A stretch of DNA of 64,000 nt. Source: Gekko japonicus (lineage: Eukaryota). The notes below the pieces were generated by a model. It searched no databases, was not told where the DNA came from, and saw only the letters and a list, made by a program, of their open reading frames with translations. The DNA lies in the NCBI RefSeq assembly GCF_001447785.1, contig NW_015162031.1:4075-68074 (forward strand). The letters run 5' to 3'. Positions 11,850-24,296 of the stretch are shown piece after piece. The translations under genes were made by a program, and so were the position numbers. The stretch's first letter is position 1, and each line of letters opens with the position of its first letter.

Positions 11850-13980
11850 ATATCAGCTTTCAAAAAAGCAGGATTATATTGGTGGGGTTCTTGACATTAA
11901 CGATTTCTTCTTTTTTATCTTCCCCCTGGGCACAGTATGCTGACTAGGTGGGCAACACAGAAGAGGGGCGACCAGGCTAAGGGGGCTCCCAAGCGAGGGC
12001 TGCTGGCCATCTCATCCTCCAAGGATGAGGGCAGGCTCTCTCTGCTGGATTTGGCAGCCAAAATTGAGGCCTTGGAAAGTGCCAAGGCAGAGAAGCAGAG
12101 GACTGGTGGCATGGACACCTCTGGGGCACCTTTGGGGTGGCCACCCCTCCTAAGCATGCCTGGTCCACAGCTTGCAAATGGGAAATATGAGCCCTCTTTT
12201 CCAGGTTGTCACAACAGGAATCCGTAGCCAAGGAGGATACACAGATGGCAGGTGGTGGAGCAGAAGAGCTGCCAGGTGACCAATTGGAGATCGGTGACTC
12301 CTTCAGTCCCAGAGGGACCAGTCCAGTTCCTGCTGCCACAGTGCCCCCCTCTGTCAGGGTCACAGGGTGGTGGATTCCAGAACAGCCCACCCAGCCCCAT
12401 ATATACAGCCTGCAATGGCGGGTCGGGACAGGTTGGCACCTGGGTCCTCACTCATGCTAGTCGTGCCCTCTTTTGGTGCACCAGTGCCAAGTGCACATTT
12501 TGGGCCAGCCAGGCAGGTGCCTGGATCAGCCGGGGGGCTCATAACCCAGCAGCGATTCTTCCCTACAGCTACATGGAGAGGTCTCCCCCAAGGGGATCAC
12601 CTGCTGCTGGCCACAAAAGCGAAGATATGGAGAGATGAGTACATGGACATGTTCACACTCCTCTTTAGGGATGTTGAGGTGAGGGCAAGTGTGAGGGATG
12701 ACTCCAGGGAGTGGGAGAAAATAAAGCAGATGCAGATTGACAAGAACTTTGATAATTGGCTTTTGGCTTACACCATCTACGTGGGGGTGGTGATGCAGGT
12801 CCACCCAGGCAGGGGACCAGCATTGGTAAAGTATCAGGACCTCATCAACAGTGCATATAAGGAATACTCAGGGGCTGCTTGGATGTGTTACAATGAGAGG
12901 TTCCACTCTTGAGCAGCCTTAGACCCCTCATTTCCATTTTCATTCACCAATAGCTCTGGTCCCAATGCAAGGGCAGGTACCTCCGAATTCAGGCAGCTAC
13001 TTGGACAGAAGGCACCCAGTGGTGTGTTCGCACTTGGGAGTTAGGTGGAAAGCGGGCGGTAGGCAAGGGGTTCAACCCCGTCTCATCTGCTGGGGCTTTA
13101 ATGTCTCTGGGAAATGCTCAAGGAAGCAGTGCAAGTTTATGCATGCTTGCAGCATGTGTGGGGGCACACACCCTGCATCCTCCTGTGATAAGGGCACCCC
13201 TGAGGAGACGGAGCCCTGTGGCCAGGCCTATTATAGGGCATCTGGTGATGACAGCAATTCAGCCAGGGGCGGGTGGGAGCAGTCAAAGGGTATTCAGGTC
13301 AGGCCACAGGGGGAGGTCAGAAAGGGGGGGTGGCACCACGGGTGCCTGGAACCAGGCAGCACTTCACCCACAGTTCATCAGGACATTAGTTAGATTGATG
13401 GGGGAAATTTCCTTAACACAGAGAGGAATCAAGTTGCTCTTGGTGGCCAAGGGAGTGGCCTGGGAGGATGGTGGAAGGGTGACTGTGATACCCAATCTGG
13501 GACATTGGCATGGTGTGGACAACCAAATGATTGGGGTCTAATCCCTCTTGGGCCTGCCATTGGGCCATGGACAGCCCCTGGGCATTGGTGCTGACAAAAT
13601 CACTGGTGCTGGCTGATGTTGTTTTGCCTTAAAGGAAGTGGCACGAGGGCAGAGGTCACCAGTATAATGGTTGGTAGCTCCAGATTATTGTTGGTTGGCT
13701 GGAGCACCTTCCCAGGCCGTGGTCATGCATTTCAGGGGCAACGATCTGGGCACTAGGTTGGTGGTCTCCACCCCAGGATCATGTCCGGGCCATGATGCGT
13801 AAGGTCCAGAAGGATTCCAGACCTGGCTCTGAGTTGGGATGGGCTTGCCCTGTTAAAAGACTTGCTTTGCAAGTCCAATGCAACACGTGCTTTAAGTTGT
13901 TGGTGCTGATCAGCTTAGGTATAAATAAAATTCCCAGTTTAACCCATAACTTGTGTTGTGTTTCATTCAAGGGGTGGGCA
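11850..13980 (+). mobile_element. Ngaro/DIRS-type tyrosine-recombinase retrotransposon, internally deleted and degraded
   Basis: GC-rich. Gag-like ORF 12367..12912 (GDHLLLATKAKIWRDEYMDMFTLL...FDNWLLAYTIY...YQDLINSAY...WMCYNERF), Cys/His knuckle CWGFN..GKCSRKQCKFMHACSMCGGTHPASSC (about 13090-13185), and SGNH-like VVMHFRGNDLG (about 13720-13750). No RT or YR domain is visible. Confidence 0.75.
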
Positions 13981-16295
13981 AGCAAATGACCAACAGAGCA
14001 GATTTGAATTATTAAACCTGGTTGTAGAGGGATGCCTTTTTTAAAAAAAGAAACAAAAATACCACATTGTTTGAAGTTTAACATCTCCTTTATACTTTCT
14101 TTAAGAAAGATAAATAAAGAGCAAGTGTGGTCAACAGTGCTGGACTACCCATTCCTCAGTCAGTATCAGGCTCCCTGCATATGGGTTGTGAGGATAAAAT
14201 GGAGAAGGGGAGAACCTTGTATGTAGCTCTAGCTCTCTGGCAAAAAAAAAAAGAAGAAGGATAAAAAATGAATAAAAGTCTGGCAAGTGGAGGACTGAGT
14301 GTTTTGGGGGTGTTTCTCTGCTAACCAGTCTTTAAAAGTTTTGTGGTTTAGGGTAAGGGGATTGACTATTTATATGAAGTTTATTCAAGGTATGAGCTTT
14401 TCAAATACACTGGAATAGAAGTTAGAGTTCAAACTTATAGGCAGGCTGAACTGCAAATTTACATGTAACATGATCAAGATGTTCTAAGTTACTAAAAAAC
14501 AGAACTAAATAACAAGCTAAGGTTATAAGGTCAACAGTTGTTTTGATTTAATTAAGGGGGGAAAGGACACCAAAGCAATAAATATATCAAAATAGGGAAT
14601 AAGTGTGTAAAGACATCTTTTCTAATTGTTGGAAGTAAATTGAGACTCAATAACTTAAAACATCTTCATCATGTTACATGTAAATTTGCTGTGTTACATC
14701 AACTGAACTTCCTTCCAGCACAGTCTCTGGTTTCTGTAGATTACTAGAATGCCCATAAATAATTGAAACAGTTCAACAAGAGTTCTTTTTAAAAATGAAA
14801 ATGTGTTTACAGATCTGCAACAGGCTGTCTGTACAGTACCAGAAAGTGTGGAATTGGGTTATAGAAAATCCTGGATTAAATCCTGGGTTATCTTCCAAGT
14901 TCACTTGGTAATCCTGGTCAAATCATCATATCTCAGTTTAAATTACTTTACAGGGCTGGTTTGTGGGTAAAAATGATCTTCCCAACAGGACACAAAGTGA
15001 CTTATAACACTGGTTTTTAGGCCGCTCGACATTGTGCCTTTTCCATCCATTTCATCCTCAGAACAACAACCCTGAAAAGTACCTTAGGCTGAGTGAGTGG
15101 CCCAAGGTCACCCACTCAGTTTCTGTGGCAGAGTGGAGATTCAAATGTGAGTCTTCTAGGTCCTAATACAACACTATACCATGCTGGTTACCTTCCTGGA
15201 CCATCTCATTTCAGGGTAACAGTGGGAGGGTATAAAGCTCCTTCTGCATGTGACATGATCATGATCCAGAGCAGAAACCATGTAAATGAGAAGTGAGGAC
15301 AATTATAACTTTGCAAGTGGTTCCCAACCTGTTAGCCCTGTCTCATGGACATCTACGCTGATATTCCCCATTTCCATTTTTGAATCTGTGAGACTTTATT
15401 CACAAGCCACCAATATAAGAAAACTAGAACTTCTAGATTTATGTCAGTGTATTTTCATTCATTCTGTAACAGGGAAGTCTGTGGAACTGAGAAACAGGAG
15501 TCTGATGTATTATATGCTATAGTATTATATGCTGTTATAAACAAAATAAAAAAACTTTAAATTTTTAAAAAGAAAGAAACAGGAGTCTGAGAGGCAAAGA
15601 AAGAATAATAAAAGAATAAAGTGAGGGGGGGGAACACCTCAGGATATCTGTAGAGTAGACCTAAACATAGTCTGAGAGGCAAAGTAAGAATTCAATAAAT
15701 AAATAAATAAATAAATAAANNNNNNNNNNNNNNNNNNNNNNNNNNNNNNNNNNNNNNNNNNNNNNNNNNNNNNNNNNNNNNNNNNNNNNNNNNNNNNNNN
15801 NNNNNNNNNNNNNNNNNNNNNNNNNNNNNNNNNNNNNNNNNNNNNNNNNNNNNNNNNNNNNNNNNNNNNNNNNNNNNNNNNNNNNNNNNNNNNNNNNNNN
15901 NNNNNNNNNNNNNNNNNNNNNNNNNNNNNNNNNNNNNNNNNNNNNNNNNNNNNNNNNNNNNNNNNNNNNNNNNNNNNNNNNNNNNNNNNNNNNNNNNNNN
16001 NNNNNNNNNNNNNNNNNNNNNNNNNNNNNNNNNNNNNNNNNNNNNNNNNNNNNNNNNNCTCCTGCTAGCCAGCTGGCTGGTGGTAGGCAAGAGCCTGAAA
16101 AACCAGTGATTCCCTGCCCCCAAATGGGGAACGGACACCCTATTTATATCCCACCTTTTCTCTTGGTTCAAGGCAGCTTACAATCATAATTAAAATATCC
16201 CTAGCTAAAACCAAACATGAAGTAAAAGGTCCAAAATCCCTCCTCTCTTAAAATATAACTACCCCTTGAAATCCCTCAGTTTTCACCCTCATGTC

Positions 16296-16640
16296 TGTAG
16301 GAAAGCAGTGCAGATGGATCCACTATTCTCCTGCCTGGAGATTGGGAACCCAAAGGTATTTGTGTGCTAACAGCATGAGAAGTCTGGTGATTGCCTACAC
16401 AGTCAATCTGACCTTGGCAGAGATAACAGAGAACTTGCCTGCACACACACATTCCTTAGTTCATGTCTCATGACTAGGATGCTGTAATGTATGAAGGGGA
16501 GGGGGGGAAAGGAGGAGATGGATTTTCAATAAATACAGCTGGTGAGTGAGAGCATTCATTCAGTCAGCTTCAGTCAGTTCCTGCAGACTTGTGTCCTGTC
16601 ATCTTTGCATCGCGTGAACCCTGCACACCCACACACAACA
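16296..16640 (+). mobile_element. Solo LTR of a class II (beta-like) ERV
   Basis: TG...CA ends, AATAAA at about 16528, and a perfect 6-bp TSD CATGTC (16290-16295, 16641-16646). Shares ttctcctg.ctgg..attgggaacccaa and cagac.tgtgtcctgtc.tcttt with the LTR at 55541-55888. Confidence 0.85.
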
Positions 16641-17329
16641 CATGTCTCCATTCTCCAGTCTTCTCACTGATTGCTTGTTGGAATCCTCTCTCCCTTCTCC
16701 TTTGTGCATTAAATGTAACTTTCAGAAAAGACTAATTCTCTCTCTGTTTGGTAAATCTGCCCTTATAGAAGCTTTAGTCATCCAGACAAGTGCAGGCATA
16801 TGAATGAGAGAATGGGGAGATTCCTAAAGGCTACCCAATCCATGCTAGCTATCTGATGCCATCCACAAGATAGTTTCCTTCCTACAAAAGCATCCAAAAC
16901 TTTTTAGGGGTTCCTTTTGCCCTGGAAATGGAAGGTTAACCTGAACAAGGAAGTACTGGCAATGATTATGACAGGACCAGTAAGAGTCAGTTCATCGCAG
17001 AGATCATTTTCGAACTTTGACTTGTGAGCCAAAGAGATGGTGAGCAGAAAACTAGAGGTAGTGAGAAGACAGGGGCCATTCTCACAGGCCTAGCAAAGAG
17101 AATAGTGTGTGTGTGATGGAGAACACTGACTTATTCCCCCGTCATCATGTTTGCAAATGCACCTTGCAGGTCAGCATTCTTCCATACTATTGATCCCAGT
17201 GGTATTCAGCCAATTTTTTCAGTGTATCTTGCACAATTTCCTTCGACATTACATACCCCATTGCAGACAACTTTTGTCCATTCAGATCCCGTGATCCCCA
17301 GCATTCCCTTTTGGTGAGGTCAAAGGGAA

Positions 17330-17334
<5 letters not shown>

Positions 17335-17369
<35 letters not shown>
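17335..17369. repeat. (CT)n microsatellite
   Basis: Run of ctctct..., much shorter at the paralogous site near 7375. Confidence 0.85.
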
Positions 17370-17373
<4 letters not shown>

Positions 17374-18156
17374 ACTGATGGAAAAGCTCATGGGACCCAA
17401 CCCCTTATTCAGAAGTGGCCATTTTAGTTTGCTTAAATAAGAAAAAGGAAAAAAATCCTATTGTTAACTAGAATCTGTTGGATAGATTGAACAGAACAAC
17501 AGTGACAAAAGTCAGTACCATGAAGTTCGGTGCCATTGCTATTTAAGATGTATTTTATTTATTTAGTACATTTTTTATATCACCCTTCCCCTTGGAGCTC
17601 AGTGTTCTCTCCTCCATTTTATTTCAGAACAACCCGATGAGGCAGGTTAGCCTGAAATTAAATAAGTGGCCCAAGGTCACCCAGTAAGCTTCATGGCAAG
17701 CAGGGATTTGACCCTGAGTCTTCCTGATCCTAGTCTAACATGGTAATCAGTACACCACACAGCTTTTATTACAATGCCTTCAATATAATTGCATTCATCC
17801 AAAATTTTCATGGAGGACAGTTTTAACAATCATGGTGCTTTTTTTTTACTTATTTCCATACACAGCAGCAAATTAAATGTACAGAAACTAATTAGATCTA
17901 CAAATTAGATGCTGTTCAGGCAAAATTAAAATAGCATAGATTGGCATGTATGTGATGTGAGAAAAGTGGGCTTGCCAATACATTTATGCTGGAGCAACAT
18001 GAATGAACATGTCATTGCTTTTTGTCAGATTAAAGGCAAGAGCATTTCATGACTGTTTGTCAGATTAAAGGCATAAGTGTTTTCCAGAAGTTCCTGTGTT
18101 TGCAATAAACTACATACAGCTTTCAGTCCACGTGAACAGTACAGAAGTGAAGCATA

Positions 18157-19092
18157 TCAAGTACTGTTAGAAGGGTACTTCAACCTTAATAGTTTTTTCA
18201 CGCCAACTTTGATCTCTTGATTTCTCATGCTGTAGATCAAAGGATTCAGCAAGGGTGAAATCATGGAATATATCACAGATAATACTAAATCAAAATGGGA
18301 TGGGATTTTGGAAGTCGGCATCAGGTAGGCAAAGGATCCAGTGAATACTAAGGTGGAGAAGACTGTGAGGTGGGGAACACATGTTGAGAAGGCTTTGTTT
18401 CTTCCCCGTACAGATGGGATTCTAAGCACCACAATGAAGATGTGTATATAAGTTACAATAATGAAGATAAAACACCCAAACAATAGGATAACACTTAACA
18501 CAACTACCCCAAGCTCAATGCGGTATGAATCAGAACAAGCAAGCTTAAGTAACTGTGGTATTTCACAGAAGAACTGATTAACAATGTTAGAGCAGAAGGA
18601 AATTGTGAAGGTACCAGTGGTGTGCAATGCTCCATAGAGAAGACCGCTGATCCATGTGGTGACAACCATTTTAATACAATCTCTCATGTTCATTATCATT
18701 TCATACTGGAAAGGATTGCAAATGGCAACATACCGATCGTACGCCATGACTGTGAGGAGGAAAACATCAGATGCTAAAAAGAAAACAAACAAGAAAACTT
18801 GAGTAACACACCCAGAGTAAGAAATGTGTCTGGTATTCATGAGGGAATTCATCATGGATTTGGGGACAATGACTGAAATTTCACCAAGGTCCTGCATGGC
18901 CAAGTTCATGAGAAAGAAATACATAGGGGTGTGCAGATGATGATCAAAGGCTATTGTAAAGATGATGAGAAGATTCCCAGTAAGAGTTGCCACATACAAT
19001 AAAAGGAACACAAGAAAGTGCAGAATCTGTAGTTCCCAAACCTCTGAGAATTCCAGGAGCAGAAAGTCAGATCCTGAAGTGTTGCTGGACAT
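18157..19092 (-). CDS. Olfactory receptor, family 14-like (intact, 311 aa; close paralog of 8115-9032)
   Basis: All OR motifs present (PMYFFL, MAYDRYVAIC, KAFSTC, NPLIYSMRN). The ORF extends upstream to 19143. Confidence 0.95.
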   Translation of the reverse strand: MSSNTSGSDFLLLEFSEVWELQILHFLVFLLLYVATLTGNLLIIFTIAFDHHLHTPMYFFLMNLAMQDLGEISVIVPKSMMNSLMNTRHISYSGCVTQVFLFVFFLASDVFLLTVMAYDRYVAICNPFQYEMIMNMRDCIKMVVTTWISGLLYGALHTTGTFTISFCSNIVNQFFCEIPQLLKLACSDSYRIELGVVVLSVILLFGCFIFIIVTYIHIFIVVLRIPSVRGRNKAFSTCVPHLTVFSTLVFTGSFAYLMPTSKIPSHFDLVLSVIYSMISPLLNPLIYSMRNQEIKVGVKKLLRLKYPSNST

Positions 19093-20119
19093 TTTGCACT
19101 CAGTACTAATTATATTTTGCCTGTGGAAGGAAATGGCATGCAAACTGTAAAAAATACAGTTCCATTGAGTAATGAGTTAAGCTGCATTTCTGAAACTGGG
19201 TGATGAGGATGAAACATAAACTGGCAGGATTCAATCCTTCATCTTCTAATTTGCCGCAAATAACATCACATGGGATAGTCCTTAAAAAGGGAGTCACTTA
19301 GTTTCTCTGTCCCTGTACATTTGGTGGAGGTGATCAGTTTCAGATTTTGAAAATTATACAGAGTTGGATCCAGCTAGCTGGACAAGTTAGCTTCCCTCCA
19401 TCTTTTAAAATGCTGAACTGATTAAAACATTATGATGAAAAATGGGTGATTCACCATACATTTTCAATAGTCTTATTCTTTACTTGTCTCTGTCCTGCTT
19501 CTAAATTTGCCCATTGCATGGATGCAATGTGAGGACCTAAGCCGACAAAATAGCCGGAATCCCTTAATCCTAATCAAAATGGTGTCTCTGTGTATCCAAT
19601 CTTTCCATTAAAGTATACAGACATTTTTGAAGGTAAAGATTGGCAGTGCCTTCTTACACTGCTTATTATATGTATAAGTGATGTTCATAGTATATAATAT
19701 ATATTGGGTGAAAATTAGTAAAAGCTATCAACAATGATAATGTATTATCGATTGAAAAGGGATTACTATTTTTACTACATACATAAAATCTATAGAAACA
19801 GAAATAAATATTCATCTATACCTTTGCCTTCCAAACTTTTAACTTTTCCTGGATCATGTTTTTTCTTTCATATGGGTTTGAGCCAATGAATTTTTCTGCT
19901 GGTGAAAAGGAAAGGAGGCATCCCCCTTGCCCACCAAAAAAGCTATACCTGGAGATCATGGGACCTGCGCAGGCAACAGCTATGTGGGTGGTTAAGGAGG
20001 GTCTCTAGGTGAGAATGAAGGGGAAAAAACTGTCTGGATGCTATCCTGAATGTGCATCTCAGCACTGTTATCATCATTTTTCTTTATACATGGTGATTGC
20101 TAAGCTTGCAAGTGTATAA

Positions 20120-20350
20120 AGAACTTACTATTTTTCTTTATAGATGTTTGAATCTCCGGGTGTATTTTCTTCTACAGCCACTGCCCAGAAGTGTGTACTT
20201 CTCCAGCCAATGTAACTTCATGAATATCTTTCTGTCTCACACACTTGAAGAAAAGGACTGTCTATACTAGCAGTGAGAAGTTTTTGCCATTGGATGGAAG
20301 AATATTAATATACATAATTTGGTTTCTGGAGATTAGCTCTCAGGAGACCA
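20120..20350 (-). promoter_or_regulatory. Putative OR promoter and first exon (paralog of 11355-11590)
   Basis: Near-identical to 11355-11590 and retains the minus-strand GTAAGT donor. Confidence 0.45.
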
Positions 20351-21655
20351 AAATAACTTTTTCGGAACAGGAATAACAGACAAGTTACCATTCTAGGCTG
20401 TACTTATTATTAGTCAAAGACTGGCTTAATGTATGTATCTAAGAATGAAGGAACACTCACAAGATATCAGTCTTTCTCAATCATTATTTCAAATTCATCT
20501 ATTCCTCAGAATCTATTTCCCATTGTTCAGTATAAGATGTAGGCATCCATCCTATGACTTTGTGCACCAATATCTAATCATATAAGATGAGACACACCTA
20601 GGGGAGCAAGTCATTGCTATTGTTAGAAGCTGAACGTATCACATTGTTGTTTGCTGTGTAGTAGGGGAACCACTATTACAGTCCTACCGGTGTAATGGAA
20701 TAGTATATAGTGTAGTGCAGTATGTCACAGGTTTGCACATGCCATAGATTTGGGGAAGGTCACCTGGGAAGCGTTGAACATTAGGGGAGATCACATGCTG
20801 GAAGCTGTGAACATTAGGGCAACATTCCAAATGTGAGCCTTCATCTTCAGTCTGAATTGGTACAATCAATTCTACTATGTGATTCTTATTCATCAGGCCA
20901 ATATTTTCCACCTTTTTTATTTATTAAAAATGCAACTTTTATATTCCACCTTCCTCCATGAAGCAACCAACAGTGGCTTATGAGTTTCATCAGTGCTAAA
21001 CTTTGCAGCCCAACAACACCAACCCCCCAAACTCACACTTGCGCTCCATAAATACCTGATCTCAGGAGTAACCACAGGAAAAGATGTCTAAAGTGCCTTC
21101 CATATTTGAAATTAAGGTGTTAATATGGCAATTTCTTCATGATCTAGGTTGTTAGAATCTATCACACATACATTATTTTCTTTGAGTACCACTGGGACAT
21201 TTATTAAAAACTGGTGGGAGAGGCAGAAGTATGGATCAGTTGATTCTCTTATCTCGTTCTGATTTGTAGACATCATAAATTATAAGATATCTTAAAATTG
21301 TGACTCCATCTGCTTGTAATGTAACACTGTCAGATGGGGACAGAGATAACACTAGGCCCCTTCTTCTCAGGTTCCATATTGTCAATCCCAGCATCCACCA
21401 GGCTTAGTGGAGTCCCAGATGCACCTTATAAGCATCTTCACATCAGCCAGCTATCACTGGCTATCCTCCAAGTAGCCTTCCTCCAGACTAAGGATTTATC
21501 TTCCCCCATAAGTGTTTATTCCTCCGATGGAAGAGCCATTTTATTTGGAGGAAGGCTTCTAACTTGAGCCAAAAGGAAAAGTGTGGTATAAATATTTTAG
21601 CAAACTAACTTTGCTCAGTGGAGTAGTAGGATCCACCTCATTATGAAGTCTTATG

Positions 21656-22080
21656 TAGGGATGGGCACGGTCCAGAAAAATGATGTTATGTGAAGGTCCA
21701 TGGAGTTTATAGACCCCAGGGCCACGAATCTCCAGATTAATGGATCGGACCATGGTCCGTTTGGGCCATGCTATTTAAATTTTAAGTGTCTTTTGCAAAG
21801 CTGCCCAGCATGTGAGTGAAGGCCAAGCAATGAGTTCACCCACTTACGGGTGAATGAAATCAGCGCTTGCCCTTCACTCACATGTCACACACTTTGCAAA
21901 GCCATCAAGCATTCCCTTTAAATGGCTTTTGCAAGCCCACCCCCACATGGACCTATAGACCTCCTGGCACGGTCATAAGAGGTCCGTGTTGGTGGGTGCA
22001 TGGACCAGGCTCACAGACCATGAACGGGGCCCCGGTCCATGGAAAAATTAGTTCCATGTTTTGGTCTGTGCCCATCCCTA
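21656..22080. mobile_element. Non-autonomous hAT transposon
   Basis: TIRs TAGGGATGGGCAC/GTGCCCATCCCTA and 8-bp TSD GTCTTATG (21648-21655, 22081-22088). Confidence 0.9.
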
Positions 22081-22205
22081 GTCTTATGTATGAAGACTCA
22101 AACTGACATTGTACATTAGGTGCTTGCTGGCTATGCATTTTAATGTTAGTTTTGTTGCGAAAGCAGAAAAACTGAACAAACACACACTGATAGTACCAAA
22201 CTGGA

Positions 22206-23090
22206 TCATGTACCTAAACTCCTAATACCTAAAACCTTTGCCATTGTTTTTTTAATCTCCTTGCTTCTTATACTGTAGATCACAGGATTCAACATGGGTG
22301 GAACTAGGGAACAGATTATAGCAAACATCAAATCTAACCATGATGGGGTGTTAGAAGTAGGCTTCAAGTAGACATAGCCTCCTCTGAAGACAAATGTGGA
22401 GCAGACAATGAGGTGGGGGTGCAAGTGGAGAAAGCCTTTTTGTCTCCCCTTTCAGAAGGCAATCAACACTGTGGTGAAAATGTTCACATAAATTACAATA
22501 CTAATGATTTCAATGAGATTTACGTCAGAACAAGACAATTTTATTAGCTGTGGGAAATCACAAAAAATTGATTGACAACATTAGAGCAGAAATGGGTTGC
22601 AAAGGACTCAATGGTTTGGTGACATTCCAGCATTCAGAAAATCAGTGATCCATACACCAGCAATGATTTTAGTCCAGGCCTATCAAATCATTATAATTTC
22701 ATACTGCAATAGATTACAAATGGCCACATATCAGTCATATGCCATAACTGTGAGGATACAGAAATCAGATGTTATAAAGAACAAAAACAAGAAGACTTGA
22801 GCTACACATCTTGAGTATGAAATGTGCCTGGTATTCAGGAGGGACTTGATCATGGATTTGTGGACAATGACTGAAACTTGGCCAAGGTCCTGCACAGCCA
22901 AATTCATCAGAAAGAAGTACATGGGGGTGTGCAGGTGATGGTCTGAGGCAACTGAAGAGATTACGAGGAGGTTCTCTGTAATAGTTGCCAAGTACATATT
23001 CAGAAATAGAGTGAAGTGTAGCAACTGCAGTTCCCGAACCTCCGAGAATTCCAGGAGCAGAAAATTGGACACAGCAGTTTTGTTGGATAT
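22206..23090 (-). pseudogene. Olfactory receptor pseudogene (paralog of 25740-26675)
   Basis: The start codon is ATA (ISNKTA versus MSNKTT), and MAYD is followed by a TGA stop in place of R. There are frameshifts and a TM5 deletion. The C-terminus PHLIVCSTF...PMLNPVIYSIRSKEIK is retained. Confidence 0.92.
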
Positions 23091-23849
23091 TGAATAGCAT
23101 GTTGTATAATCCCTGAAGAAGAAAATACTAGGAAAACTGTGAAAATTATCACCCTGCCCCTCTTGCCAAGGCCTAAAAGCTTGCAAAGCTTTTGATTGAC
23201 TAGCAATGACCACCAATGACATTCATTTCTTAAAGTCACAGGTGCTGCTTCTATCATTTTGGATGTTTTTAACCCCCTTTTTATTTTTTGGATTTCATAT
23301 TTTTCTGTAAACCTGGAGTTTTTCTCAGGTTTGTAGAAAGATCTCTCTTGTATGTCCATGGCTCCAGTCTCCAAATTTAAGTATCCACAGGTAGGACTAT
23401 GTTGAGAATAGTGTGTGTGTATAAATATAATTTAACTGTTGAAATTGAATTGGATGATGATGATCATATTTCCAATCTCCTATATTTCCTGTTTTCAGTG
23501 TATGAGGGGCCCCCTACAATGTATTAACAGTGAAATCAAAAGTTGCACCTGCATCCCATATATCCCTCCTCCAGGTGCTCCTGTTTTGACTGTAGCTGCT
23601 TGGAAATTAATGCAGTTCTGTTANNNNNNNNNNNNNNNNNNNNNNNNNNNNNNNNNNNNNNNNNNNGCATATATAAGTTCCTTACTTTAGCAACTTATGT
23701 GGATAAAAATATTGGGGAGGGGAGATGAACTAAAACACTAATAAACTGGTTTTAATTGTAATTTAGTTGGGTGGGAAATGACAGAAATGATGATTTTTTT
23801 AGAGATTTATATAAACAGCATGCATTCAATGGTAATTTAACCCCTGTTG

Positions 23850-24296
23850 TTGTCCTAGTCTAATTTAAGGTTAGTTATCATATTTAAGCCTGATCTCTTG
23901 CCCAGTTAGGCCATAGGCAGGTATGGGAGGGAAAATTTCCATTCTCTCTCCACCGTTTTATCCCCAGAACCACAATCTTGATACTTAAATCCTATCTTAG
24001 CCAAGATGATGAACCTTCCTGATGCTTTAAAAGTGCACCATCTTCTGAATGACTCTGTTCCGGAAATATCAATTAACATAGCCATGCTTTTATAATCAGC
24101 GATAAAGCTACGCCAGGAAACTACCAATGAGTAATTGTTTTATGCAATACTATGCAATATTATGCAGTTGGTAAAATGCTCAGCTCTATATGTATGGCTC
24201 TATATGGTTTTAAATGTATATTTCCTTTTTTATAGTAATCCTCTTTTAAGATACTTTTATGCCAATAAAGGTTAACGGAACTGAACTGAACTGAAA
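23850..24296 (+). mobile_element. LINE 3' fragment with (CTGAA)n tail
   Basis: Ends gccAATAAAggttaacggaactgaactgaactgaa. Clade not determined. Confidence 0.4.

Larger units (their letters stand above)
13985..20770. repeat. Tandem segmental duplication, copy B
   Basis: Colinear with 2560-11830. It lacks the counterpart of 9158-9772 and carries a private solo LTR at 16296-16640. Confidence 0.9.
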
